A stretch of 63,507 nt of DNA, the filler included, from Octopus bimaculoides (Eukaryota): the NCBI RefSeq assembly GCF_001194135.2. It is 6 parts of 6 records of this genome, joined end to end, with 100 filler letters (N's around TTAATTAATTAA, not from the genome) between each part and the next. Parts side by side here need not be neighbours in the genome. Positions count along the whole stretch, not along the records: positions 19,036 to 35,001 come from NC_069004.1; positions 35,102 to 45,236 come from NC_069008.1; 4 more parts are not named here. One strand, 5' to 3'. The notes under the pieces were generated by a model. The model worked only from the letters and a program-made list of their open reading frames with translations, ran no database searches and had not been told where the DNA came from. Position 1 is the first letter of the stretch, and every line of letters starts with the position of its first letter. The position numbers and the translations under genes are program-made. Below, in pieces: positions 25,711 through 35,869 of this stretch.

Positions 25711-26290
25711 GTTAATTACTAATAATGATGATAACAACAGCATCTACAACAATAGTAATCAAAGGTAGAAGGAGGAGTGTAAAAAAAAAACACAGAGAGT
25801 AGAAGAAAAAGATGTTTTCAGATATGAAGTTTTTAATGATTAAAAAATAATCGATGATGGTGAATCAACGGTATGTCATGTAAACATGTAAAAACTGGCA
25901 GGTGTCTTTGCGTGCATTTAAACAAAAATACTCTGTGATTGTCCGAATAGTCTTCTCTTACAGTAATCTCCGATTCGCGTTTTTGTATCATATGAGAACA
26001 ACAAAGGACTAGAGAAAAGACAAAGAGGCTGATAGAATTAAATGAATCTCCAAAGTTAATCATTAGTGATGCAAGCAGTGTTAATACCAAAAGATAATTT
26101 TTGTAGTCAGTTAAATATGGGCACCTTGGATATAAAGATTATCTCCAAAGAAATGCTTCAACATAACCACAAACTACTGATAACAGAACAAAAGAAAGCA
26201 AAAGAATCTCTTATACACAAGATGTTTTATGGTCAAAGAGAAGCTCTTAGAAAAACAGTTTATCTGTAACTAAAGTACAACACTAACATT

Positions 26291-26679
26291 TTATTGAGGA
26301 TCATTTATACGTAAACTGGTGATAGACAAATAGCTTGAGGGTTCATTGCGGCTGATGAATTTTGCCTTGTTCATCTTCAAAAGCATGGTATCATTTGCTT
26401 TAAATTGGTGTGTAAACGATGATTGTATTATAGCATGTTCTGATACCTTTTCTAAGGATTTTGAACTCTTTTTTAAATATTTATATTTTGTTCCATTCTT
26501 TTTCTGAAATAACAGGGTTATAAGTGCTATAGAAGTATTTTTTGGAACGTGCAATTGCACTGCACAGTTTATTTGGTAAACCCCATCCTGTGGAACATAT
26601 ATGTAAGTTTCATTGACCAGTTGAATGTTGCCTACATTCTGCTTCTTATCCTTCTTCCAATGTAAACTAGTTACGTCAT
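26291..26679 (-). CDS. TNF-like gene, terminal exon encoding most of the TNF homology domain
   Basis: Acceptor TTATTTCTTTTTCAG| at 26680, phase 1. Translation DVTSLHWKKDKKQNVGNIQLVNETYIYVPQDGVYQINCAVQLH...SSFTHQFKANDTMLLKMNKAKFISRNEPSSYLSITSLRINDPQ*. It aligns by eye to THD landmarks LxW, NGxxL..LxVPxxGxY, FxLxxGDxLxxxxN and the terminal YFG strand. The ORF track shows only the last 89 aa. Confidence 0.8.
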
Positions 26680-26877
26680 CTGAAAAAGAAATAACAAATA
26701 TGATTTCCCATTTTGCACAAAGCTAGCAATTATGAGGGGAAGATTAAGACAATTTCATTGACCCTAGGGTTTAACTTGTACTTATTTTATCGACTCTAAA
26801 AGGATGAAAGCCTCAACGGAATTTCAGACAAAGTCTTAATGATTCTGCTAACTCAAAACTTTAATGATAATAATAAT

Positions 26878-26902
<25 letters not shown>

Positions 26903-26913
<11 letters not shown>

Positions 26914-27440
26914 GCACTTCGTCGCTTACGACGTCGAGGGTTCCAGTTGATCCGATCAACGGAACAGCCTGCTCGTGAAATTAACGTGCCAGTCGTCGAG
27001 TTTAATTCGATTTCGATTTCGACTTCACTTGCCTCAACAGGTCTTCGCAAGTGGAGTTTANNNNNNNNNNNNNNNNNNNNNNNNNNNNNNNNNNNNNNNN
27101 NNNNNNNNNNNNNNNNNNNNNNNNNNNNNNNNNNNNNNNNNNNNNNNNNNNNNNNNNNNNNNNNNNNNNNNNNNNNNNNNNNNNNNNNNNNNNNNNNNNN
27201 NNNNNNNNNNNNNNNNNNNNNNNNNNNNNNNNNNNGCTATCCTCATCCATTCTCACCACATGCCCATACTAGCGCAATCGTCTCTCTTGCACACCACAAC
27301 TGATGCTTCGTAAGTTCAACTTTTCTCTCAAGGTACTTACACTCTGTCTAGTATGCACACTGACATTACACATCCATCGGAGCATACTGGCTTCATTCCT
27401 TGCGAGCCTACGCATGTCCTCAGCAGTCACAGCCCATGTT
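26903..27440 (-). mobile_element. RTE LINE C-terminal fragment fused to a SINE D 3' end
   Basis: 27236-27440 encodes ETWAVTAEDMRRLARNEASMLRWMCNVSVHTRQSVSTLREKLNLRSISCGVQERRLR (RTE C-terminus). 26990-27060 is RTE 3'UTR and 26903-26990 is the family D tail. Confidence 0.85.
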
Positions 27441-27468
27441 TCATATATATATATACACATATATATAT

Positions 27469-27507
<39 letters not shown>

Positions 27508-27558
27508 ATTTAAAATATATATATTTACATACACACACACACACATATATACATCTCA

Positions 27559-27622
<64 letters not shown>

Positions 27623-27721
27623 ACACGCGTGTGTATAAAGTAGTTATTATTAGTTACGTAGTTTCTCATAATTCAAATTATGAGAAAAAGGTGTGCAATA
27701 AATCTGAATAAATTAGCTTAC

Positions 27722-27769
27722 CCAACTCATCATAATCATTTGTTTTTAGGTGTAACAAGGAATGGTGAA
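27722..27769 (-). CDS. TNF-like gene, 48-nt exon encoding strand A of the TNF homology domain
   Basis: Strong acceptor CTTTCTCTCTTCCAATCTTTCAG| and donor G|GTAAGC. Phase 1 to 1 reading xHHSLLHLKTNDYDEL(D); LLHL matches the AHL/AHV strand-A motif and joins in frame to the 26679 exon. Confidence 0.75.
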
Positions 27770-28163
27770 CTGAAAGATTGGAAGAGAGAAAGCAGAATGT
27801 GAGAAGGATATATTTTGATATAGGTTCAATATCAACAGAAGACTATTCAAAGAAAAGAGCACGTACTGATGTATTTCATATATTTAACATTTCAGATTAT
27901 CACCTAATAAATAACTATACAATATATTAACCATTTCACAATCATCATTATTATTACGAGGAAAATAATCTAGAACAATTATTAACCATTAATGAAAACA
28001 GACCCAGGATTATATTAAACATCCTTGTATTACACCCTTCACATAGTAGTTCCATGAGCTTTAACATGTTCAGTTGTACAGTAGCANNNNNNNNNNNNNN
28101 NNNNNNNNNNNNNNNNNNNNNNNNNNNNNNNNNNNNNNNNNNNNNNNNNNNNNNNNNNNNNNN

Positions 28164-28625
28164 CTTTGTAAGCCTAGTACTTATTCTATCGGTCTCTGTT
28201 GCCGAACCGCTAAGTTACGGGGACATAAACACACCAGCATCGATTGTCAAGCGATGTTGGGGGACAAACACAGACACACAAGCACACACACACATATATA
28301 CATATATACGACGGGCTTCTTTCAGTTTCCGTCTACCAAATCCATTCACAAGGCTTTGGTCGGCCCGAGGCTATAGTAGAATACACTTGCCCAAGATGCC
28401 ACGCAGTGGGACTGAACCCGGAACCATGTCCCTTCACTGGGTCCCATGCTGGTGGCACATAAAAAGCACCTACTACACTCTTGGAATGGTTGGCATTAGG
28501 AAGGGCAACCAGCTGTAGAAACCTTACCAGATCAGATTGGAGCCTGCTGCAGCCTACTGGCTTGCCAGTCCTCAGTCAAACCAGCCAACCCATGCCAGTA
28601 TAAATGAAACAAGTAAAAGAGAAAA
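28164..28625. mobile_element. Mosaic of SINE B (minus), family A fragment (plus) and a B-type tail (plus)
   Basis: The B body ends at about 28427 (GAACCCGGAACCATGT). The family A core follows at about 28445-28595, then TGAAACAAGTAAAAGAG at about 28605. Confidence 0.75.
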
Positions 28626-29524
28626 GAAAAAAAAAATTTGGAGCATTATTCTAGTTAAAATAGCAGCAACTTCAGAACAAAACTTCTGAAATTAGTTTGC
28701 TTGCATTCNNNNNNNNNNNNNNNNNNNNNNNNNNNNNNNNNNNNNNNNNNNNNNNNNNNNNNNNNNNNNNNNNNNNNNNNNNNNNNNNNNNNNNNNNNNN
28801 NNNNNNNNNNNNNNNNNNNNNNNNNNNNNNNNNNNNNNNNNNNNNNNNNNNNNNNNNNNNNNNNNNNNNNNNNNNNNNNNNNNNNNNNNNNNNNNNNNNN
28901 NNNNNNNNNNNNNNNNNNNNNNNNNNNNNNNNNNNNNNNNNNNNNNNNNNNNNNNNNNNNNNNNNNNNNNNNNNNNNNNNNNNNNNNNNNNNNNNNNNNN
29001 NNNNNNNNNNNNNNNNNNNNNNNNNNNNNNNNNNNNNNNNNNNNNNNNNNNNNNNNNNNNNNNNNNNNNNNNNNNNNNNNNNNNNNNNNNNNNNNNNNNN
29101 NNNNNNNNNNNNNNNNNNNNNNNNNNNNNNNNNNNNNNNNNNNNNNNNNNNNNNNNNNNNNNNNNNNNNNNNNNNNNNNNNNNNNNNNNNNNNNNNNNNN
29201 NNNNNNNNNNNNNNNNNNNNNNNNNNNNNNNNNNNNNNNNNNNNNNNNNNNNNNNNNNNNNNNNNNNNNNNNNNNNNNNNNNNNNNNNNNNNNNNNNNNN
29301 NNNNNNNNNNNNNNNNNNNNNNNNNNNNNNNNNNNNNNNNNNNNNNNNNNNNNNNNNNNNNNNNNNNNNNNNNNNNNNNNNNNNNNNNNNNNNNNNNNNN
29401 NNNNNNNNNNNNNNNNNNNNNNNNNNNNNNNNNNNNNNNNNNNNNNNNNNNNNNNNNNNNNNNNNNNNNNNNNNNNNNNNNNNNNNNNNNNNNNNNNNNN
29501 NNNGGACGGGGCGGAAGTCTTGCC

Positions 29525-29865
29525 AAATTTTTTCCCACGAGAGTTCCGGACCCCAGTAATGAACTCGTTTGCATACATGACTGCCTCTACGTAGTTATTT
29601 GTGTTGTTGTTTACTTTGTAAAACAGTAAAGGGAGAGGGTTGCTAGCACACCACCCTCTACCCACATTTTTCCCATCCACATCTTTACCATATGTGTCCC
29701 TTAGCAAAATCCGATAACAGGTATAGACGCAAATCTATCTAATTACTTTTCTCCTAAAAATCAGGCGATCGGTCGACTTACAACACCAGTCAAGGTGAGC
29801 TCTGATTGGCTGTATGCAAATGAGTTCATTAGTCGGGTCCGAAACTCACGAGGGAAAAGAAATTT
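29525..29865. repeat. Imperfect inverted repeat, arms of about 53 bp separated by about 230 bp
   Basis: The reverse complement of 29525-29577 (TGTATGCAAACGAGTTCATTACTGGGGTCCGGAACTCTCGTGGGAAAAAATTT) aligns to 29811-29865 (TGTATGCAAATGAGTTCATTAGTCGGGTCCGAAACTCACGAGGGAAAAGAAATTT). Confidence 0.85.
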
Positions 29866-30339
29866 CGCGTCCGGGTTATAAGTCAATGTAACTAGGCCAC
29901 TCGCCTTCACTCCACGTTAGTCTGAGACTGTTTCGATATGTGTCGTGTGACATGCTTGTCTAGATGTTCAGACAACGTTGATTTAATTACAGCGCATACA
30001 TTTGATCAACATAAGACAAATCATTTGTGCGGGACCACGCCCACATACTTGTTAACACCCACAAGGCTGGTTTATTACTTTTTTTTTTGGTCCCGGGGGA
30101 AGATCTTTATATTGCCCCAACTCGAAACGCTTAGTTTTAGAATGGTGGCAGCTGATGAAGGAAATGTTCTCTATGTGGCCTGTATGTTTTCTGTACTCCG
30201 TTTATCATTTTGTCCACGTTTTTTTTTTGCTACGTCCTGTACCCAGATATGCATCTATATATACATGTAGATGTAGGTATGTACATACATGTACGCATAT
30301 ACTCATATATTATTTGTATTACCTACCTACCTACCTACA

Positions 30340-30370
<31 letters not shown>

Positions 30371-30623
30371 GTCAAATGTCAAATGTAAGCATAACAGGTT
30401 GGATGTAGTTATTTGGGACATAGGGGTATAGACAAAAAATATCTCTTTGACACGTCAAACAGAACAAGCGCACACACACACGTCCACGGGAGGTGTTTAC
30501 AATTGATAAGACAATACGTGCTCACGGAAACTACCGAAGGGGCAAAGATATATCTCTTTGGAAAATCAAAGAAAAAGAGGATATCTAAGGACAACTGCTT
30601 CGAAACCTCCAGCTTCTATATCC

Positions 30624-31045
30624 ATAGGCGCAGGAGTGGCTGTGTGGTAAGTTGCTAGCTTACCAACCACATGGTCCCGGGTTCAGTCCCACTGCGTAGC
30701 CCCTTGGGCAAGTGTCTTCTACTATAGCCTCGGGCCGACCAAAGCCTTGTGAGTGGATATGGTAGACGGAAACTGAAAGAAGCCCGTCGTATATGTGTAT
30801 ATATATATGTATATGTATGTGTGTGTATATGTTTGTATGTGTGTGTGTTTGTCCCCCCAACATCGCTTGACAACCGATGCTAGTGTGTTTATGTCCCCGT
30901 AACTTAGCTGTTCGGCAAAAAGGGAACCGATAGAATAAGTACTAGGCTTACAAAGAATAAGTCCTGGGGTCAATTTGCTCGACTAAAGGCGGTGCTCCAG
31001 CATGGCCACAGTCAAATGACTGAAACAAGTAAAAGAGTAAAAGAG
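30624..31045 (+). mobile_element. Full-length SINE family B
   Basis: Head ATAGGCGCAGGAGTGGCTGTGTGG through tail CAAGTAAAAGAGTAAAAGAG with no gap. Confidence 0.92.
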
Positions 31046-31066
31046 ACTATGAATTCATATTCATAC

Positions 31067-31175
31067 CAATAATAATTGAAGTACTAGGTTTTGTTAGTAA
31101 ATGCTTAGAATCTGGATAAAGTGGGATTTTCAGAAATAGAAACCGACCGGTTGATTTGTACATAACAAATGCAAT
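31067..31175 (-). CDS. Candidate stalk exon of the TNF-like gene (unconfirmed)
   Basis: Acceptor TTTTACCGTTCCACTCACAG| and donor ATTG|GTATGA flank 109 nt that are open in phase 0 to 1, the phase needed to join the flanking exons (IAFVMYKSTGRFLFLKIPLYPDSKHLLTKPSTSIII). An alternative short candidate near 30513-30540 and several N gaps could also hold the true exon. Confidence 0.3.
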
Positions 31176-31546
31176 CTGTGAGTGGAACGGTAAAACTATG
31201 CAAGAATTTCCTCAGGTTCCAAATGCGAATTTGTCTGTGTTAGCTACATACCAACGATGGGGCTTTGTATCTTTGTCGGAAACCTATTCCTTCCTCAGTG
31301 GAAGATTTATAATAATTTAAAAATAGAAGAAGAAACGGCGGCGGTAAAGACAATGGAACACACATACACACACACACAGAGGTAAATCGAAAACGAAAAT
31401 AATTCAAAAGGATGTACGCAGACAATGCATTCATGTTGACATACATAAGTATAGTAGTAAAACCGCGATGTTGTGTGTGTGGCGACTGGCTGTTTACTGT
31501 TTAGTCTATGTTATCTCTTATTGAGATTTTATAACTAGCTATTTTG

Positions 31547-31578
<32 letters not shown>

Positions 31579-32014
31579 NNNNNNNNNNNNNNNNNNNNNN
31601 NNNNNNNNNNNNNNNNNNNNNNNNNNNNNNNNNNNNNNNNNNNNNNNNNNNNNNNNNNNNNNNNNNNNNNNNNNNNNNNNNNNNNNNNNNNNNNNNNNNN
31701 NNNNNNNNNNNNNNNNNNNNNNNNNNNNNNNNNNNNNNNNNNNNNNNNNNNNNNNNNNNNNNNNNNNNNNNNNNNNNNNNNNNNNNNNNNNNNNNNNNNN
31801 NNNNNNNNNNNNNNNNNNNNNNNNNNNNNNNNNNNNNNNNNNNNNNNNNNNNNNNNNNNNNNNNNNNNNNNNNNNNNNNNNNNNNNNNNNNNNNNNNNNN
31901 NNNNNNNNNNNNNNNNNNNNNNNNNNNNNNNNNNNNNNNNNNNNNNNNNNNNNNNNNNNNNNNNNNNNNNNNNNNNNNNNNNNACATACATATATACATA
32001 TATATAATATAAAT

Positions 32015-32070
<56 letters not shown>

Positions 32071-32330
32071 TGCATATATACATACGTATATGTACATATA
32101 TCTTTAGGTATATATATGTATGCGTATGTGGGCACAGGACGTCATGAAACGTGTACAACAACAAAAAAAGTACGTAGCTCGAGTACATGGAACATGACCT
32201 ATTCTTTCGAACAACGAAAGACACAAATATATATAGGGTAGCGAATGTTTTTAGAAACGTCACTACCAGTTGCCTAGCATGTATAAAAAGTCAACAGACA
32301 ACATATTCTCAATATATAATAGTGTACATT

Positions 32331-32463
32331 TAAACACAAGAGACAACTACCTTTAACGGGTAATTTTACATGCTAGAAGAAGCAGTCAAAACGTTTTGGT
32401 CGTTTTGACTGCTTCTTCTGGCGTGTAAAACTACCTGTTAAAGGTAGTTTTCTCTTGTGTTTA
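32331..32463. repeat. Near-perfect foldback palindrome (63-bp arms, 7-nt loop)
   Basis: Left arm TAAACACAAGAGACAACTACC...GCAGTCAAAACG and right arm CGTTTTGACTGC...GGTAGTTTTCTCTTGTGTTTA, five mismatches, loop TTTTGGT. Confidence 0.92.
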
Positions 32464-32629
32464 TATGTATGTATGTATGTATGTATGTATATATATATAT
32501 AGACATACACACACATATATATATACACACACACAAACACGTGCTATTTTTGTACCATATGTGTTATTTATGTATATTGTGAAATAGACATGAGCTAAAT
32601 AAAAAAAGAGAATAGATTAAATTAATTAC

Positions 32630-33259
32630 CTCGATTCGAACAAGATTAGCAATCGCCAATATACCCAACATGACAATCAAAAAAACCAAAATCATGCATT
32701 GATGATCTTTACGGCAGGCTGCAATGCATGGACGTCCTTTTTTCACGGTTCTATTTGTTTGGTTCTCATCAGCCCCAGGTATCTCATTTTGATCGGCTGT
32801 TTCCGGAGCCGAAGGTGGGGTCGTTCCAGGCATTACTACTCGGTCACCATGAACACCATTTCTTAAACTGTTTTCTTCCTGCTTGGGATATCTCTCGCGA
32901 CTTTCTTCACCGGTTTTGGGTGTAATAGCAGATTCCTTGTCAGCGTCGGGTGTTCTTCGACTACTCTCGGGTGTCGCTTGTTGATCGGTAGCTTCACCAG
33001 ACATCAACGGTACATTTTCTTCTATATTCACGTCTTCTTCACTTCTTCGTACAGATTCGTACCCGTTGTTTGACGGGGCAACCCCCGAGTTTTCCTGTGT
33101 ACTGTCTTCAGTACACATAGATGGTATGCTTTCTATAGCATTCTTCTCCTCTTCTCCCTCAGTGTTATTCATAATTTCGTTCTTGTTCTTTGGTTGGGCT
33201 CCGGTAGACGAAACGTCTCGTTCCTCCATTTCTAAGTTATCGTTTTGTCCGCCCGACAT
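32630..33259 (-). CDS. TNF-superfamily ligand, first coding exon (about 187-aa acidic cytosolic tail plus single TM helix, type II topology)
   Basis: ATG at 33259 opens 210 codons ending CMILVFLIVMLGILAIANLVRIE, then a phase-0 donor GAG|GTAATT at 32629. Basic and Cys-containing residues (KKGRPCIAACRK) precede the hydrophobic helix and there is no signal peptide. The link to the THD exons is inferred from strand, order and domain architecture. Confidence 0.75.
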
Positions 33260-33355
33260 TTCCTAAAGTTTTCACCAACTGATGTTAATATGAGCACTCC
33301 TATCGACTTATACTCTCATCTCTCCCCTTTCCTCTGTTCTACTTCCTTGTTACTA

Positions 33356-33406
<51 letters not shown>

Positions 33407-34716
33407 CCTCTCTCATTACACACAAAGACACACGCATACACAGTTTATAAACTTAAGCTTATAAGCGATCACCATGTATTGGACTAAGATAAATAGTCTA
33501 AAAGTTGGGAACTTTTATATGCCTCAATATTAGATTGCTTACTTTAGCTTATAAAGTGATAGCTTATAAGCTTTAAGCTTATAAAATATTATTAATATTA
33601 TTATTATTTACAGAATTTTAAAATCGATATCACACACGCACAAAAAGGTCACGTGTCTTCCGCCTTTCGAATCTACCGAATCGTCTATACAGTTAAACGC
33701 TTTATAGGGTTCATTATCTGACCAGCCAACATCCTAATGTGTGTGTGTGTCCATATAGAATCTATCTATCTATCTATCTATCTAACAATGACAATATTGA
33801 CCAAGGTTATCGTGGTCTTTTCCGTAGGCTTTTCTTTCCACGGCTAAACCTAAACTGTCCTCCCCTTTTACACGAGAACATTATTGTGATACACGATCCC
33901 TATTGATCGCTATTTTTTTTTCTCGATCCCTTTTGATTGAACTCCCCCCCTTTTCCTTCCTACGATCCCTTTTGATCGACACCCCCCTACTTCCTTTTTT
34001 TTTCTCTTCCCCCTCCCAAAAAGAAAAGCTCTACATTGTATTTGTCCCATCTTTGTTGAGCCCTGTGTGGCTAATAAAAGAAATGTATCTATCTATCTAT
34101 CTATCTATCTATACACACACACACACACACATATAACCTAGATCTCAAACCCCTTTGTAGTCAATACTTTTTATTCCTCCATAAACTTCCGATCACATAC
34201 ATATTTTTACCCATCCATCTATCTATACATACATACATGCATCCATCCATCCATCCATACATACATACATATCGACTCAATTACGAACACGCTTAGCATT
34301 CCTATCATGGCCATCTCCTCGGATGATTGTCTCGCTCTGGTTTGGATTTACATATCAACTTATCCAAACTCATAACCTCATTTCTTTCATTCCATAACAG
34401 TGATGGAAAAGGAGCTGGGAAATGGGGGGGGGGGCAGGAGTGNNNNNNNNNNGCTGGGAAATGGGGGGGGGGGCAGGAGTGATGATAGCGAGGCTCCCTT
34501 TACTTTCAGTTTGGAAAGACTGGATTCAAAAGTGCGAAAAGACGATATTTTATTAAGATAGAATTATCTCTTTTACAATAATCTTTTCAGTCTCTGATGT
34601 CATCTCACGATTTCTTTAACTCAAAATGAACATTATTCCAATTTATATTTTGGGTACTGTTGCCATTTTCCCGCTTTGTCTGTTTACCTCGCTGCACTCA
34701 ACCATGGTTCTACAAG

Positions 34717-35001
34717 ACGCAAGAGTGGCTGTGTGGTAAGTTGCTTGCTTACCAACCACATGCTTCCGGGTTCAGTCCCACTGCGTGACATCTTGGGCAA
34801 GTGTCTTCTACTATAGCCTCGGGCCGACCAAAGCCTTGTGAGTGGATTTGGTAGACGGAAACTGAAAGAAACTCGTCGTATATATGTATATATGTGTGTC
34901 TGTCTTTGTCCCCCCCCCCCAACATTGCTTCACAACCGATGGTGGTGTGTTTACGTCCCCGTAACTTAGCGGTTCGGCAAAAGAGAACGATAGAATAAGT
35001 A
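34717..35001 (+). mobile_element. SINE family B (tail lost in N gap)
   Basis: Family B head and body blocks. Confidence 0.9.
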
Positions 35002-35114
35002 NNNNNNNNNNNNNNNNNNNNNNNNNNNNNNNNNNNNNNNNNNNNTTAATTAATTAANNNNNNNNNNNNNNNNNNNNNNNNNNNNNNNNNNNNNNNNNNN
35101 NTAAAATATACATG

Positions 35115-35168
<54 letters not shown>

Positions 35169-35658
35169 GAGAGAGAGAGATGGGTGTCCCAGGGGAAGAG
35201 GGAAAATTGTTATTATTTGTTATTTTTCTGTATATTAGAATTTCCGATATTGGAAACACCGAACATCTTTATCACAAAAATTAATTACAATTTTATTTAT
35301 TTATTTTTCATTTTTAATTAAACACGGTTTGTGCATAAATTAGGTTTCAAAGTGGTTATTCGTTTCGGTAATACTGACCAGCCAAGTTAGATTTTTGAAG
35401 TTTCTCCCTCCTTATTGCCGGTTCCAAATTTCTCACACTCCACTTTCCGTTGTATTTTACTTATTGTCATTACTTTGGGGCGCGAGGCCTTCCTTTCTTT
35501 TTTGTTTTATTTTGTTTTTGCTAACATATCAATAACAATAACCAGCTGATAACATTAAGCAAATAAACAGTTTGGAACTCACAAGTTTGATAACCAAAAA
35601 TTAAGCGGATTCAGTGTATGTGCGTGCATATATATGTATGTGTGTTTGTATTATATAC

Positions 35659-35704
<46 letters not shown>

Positions 35705-35869
35705 TATATATATTACATATATATTATATACTCATATATGTTATATAATACAGGCAGGATTATATATATTTATTTATTATATATTAAATATATATATAGG
35801 TGTGTATATATAAACCCATGTACATACGTGTGTGTGTGTGTGTGTCACACATATGTACGCACACACGTA

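Noticed and set aside
26066-26269. 67-aa plus-strand ORF and 85-aa minus-strand ORF (25833-26090) downstream of the TNF stop
   Set aside because: No domain or splice support; most simply the TNF 3'UTR.
26291-26679. Alternative reading as a C1q globular domain
   Set aside because: The LxW and VPxDGxY motifs, type II TM architecture and absence of a collagen or signal region and of the C1q F..F.G.L terminus favour TNF; a profile search should confirm.
29778-29800. Minus-strand LDWCCK as the missing ZFYVE19 ELPWCC exon
   Set aside because: Not followed by ICNEDA or further CxxC pairs, and there is no suitable acceptor.
30624-30700. tRNA-like heads of SINE families B, C and D as tRNA genes
   Set aside because: A- and B-boxes are present but there is no complete cloverleaf, and each continues into SINE body sequence.
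33507-33516. GGGAACTTTT as an NF-kB site upstream of the TNF gene
   Set aside because: Lacks the terminal CC of GGGRNNYYCC and is oriented by chance within a dyad; too weak to call.
34413-34480. Direct repeat GCTGGGAAATGGGGGGGGGGCAGGAGTG on both sides of a 10-N gap
   Set aside because: Typical unmerged contig overlap at a homopolymer; likely an assembly artefact.
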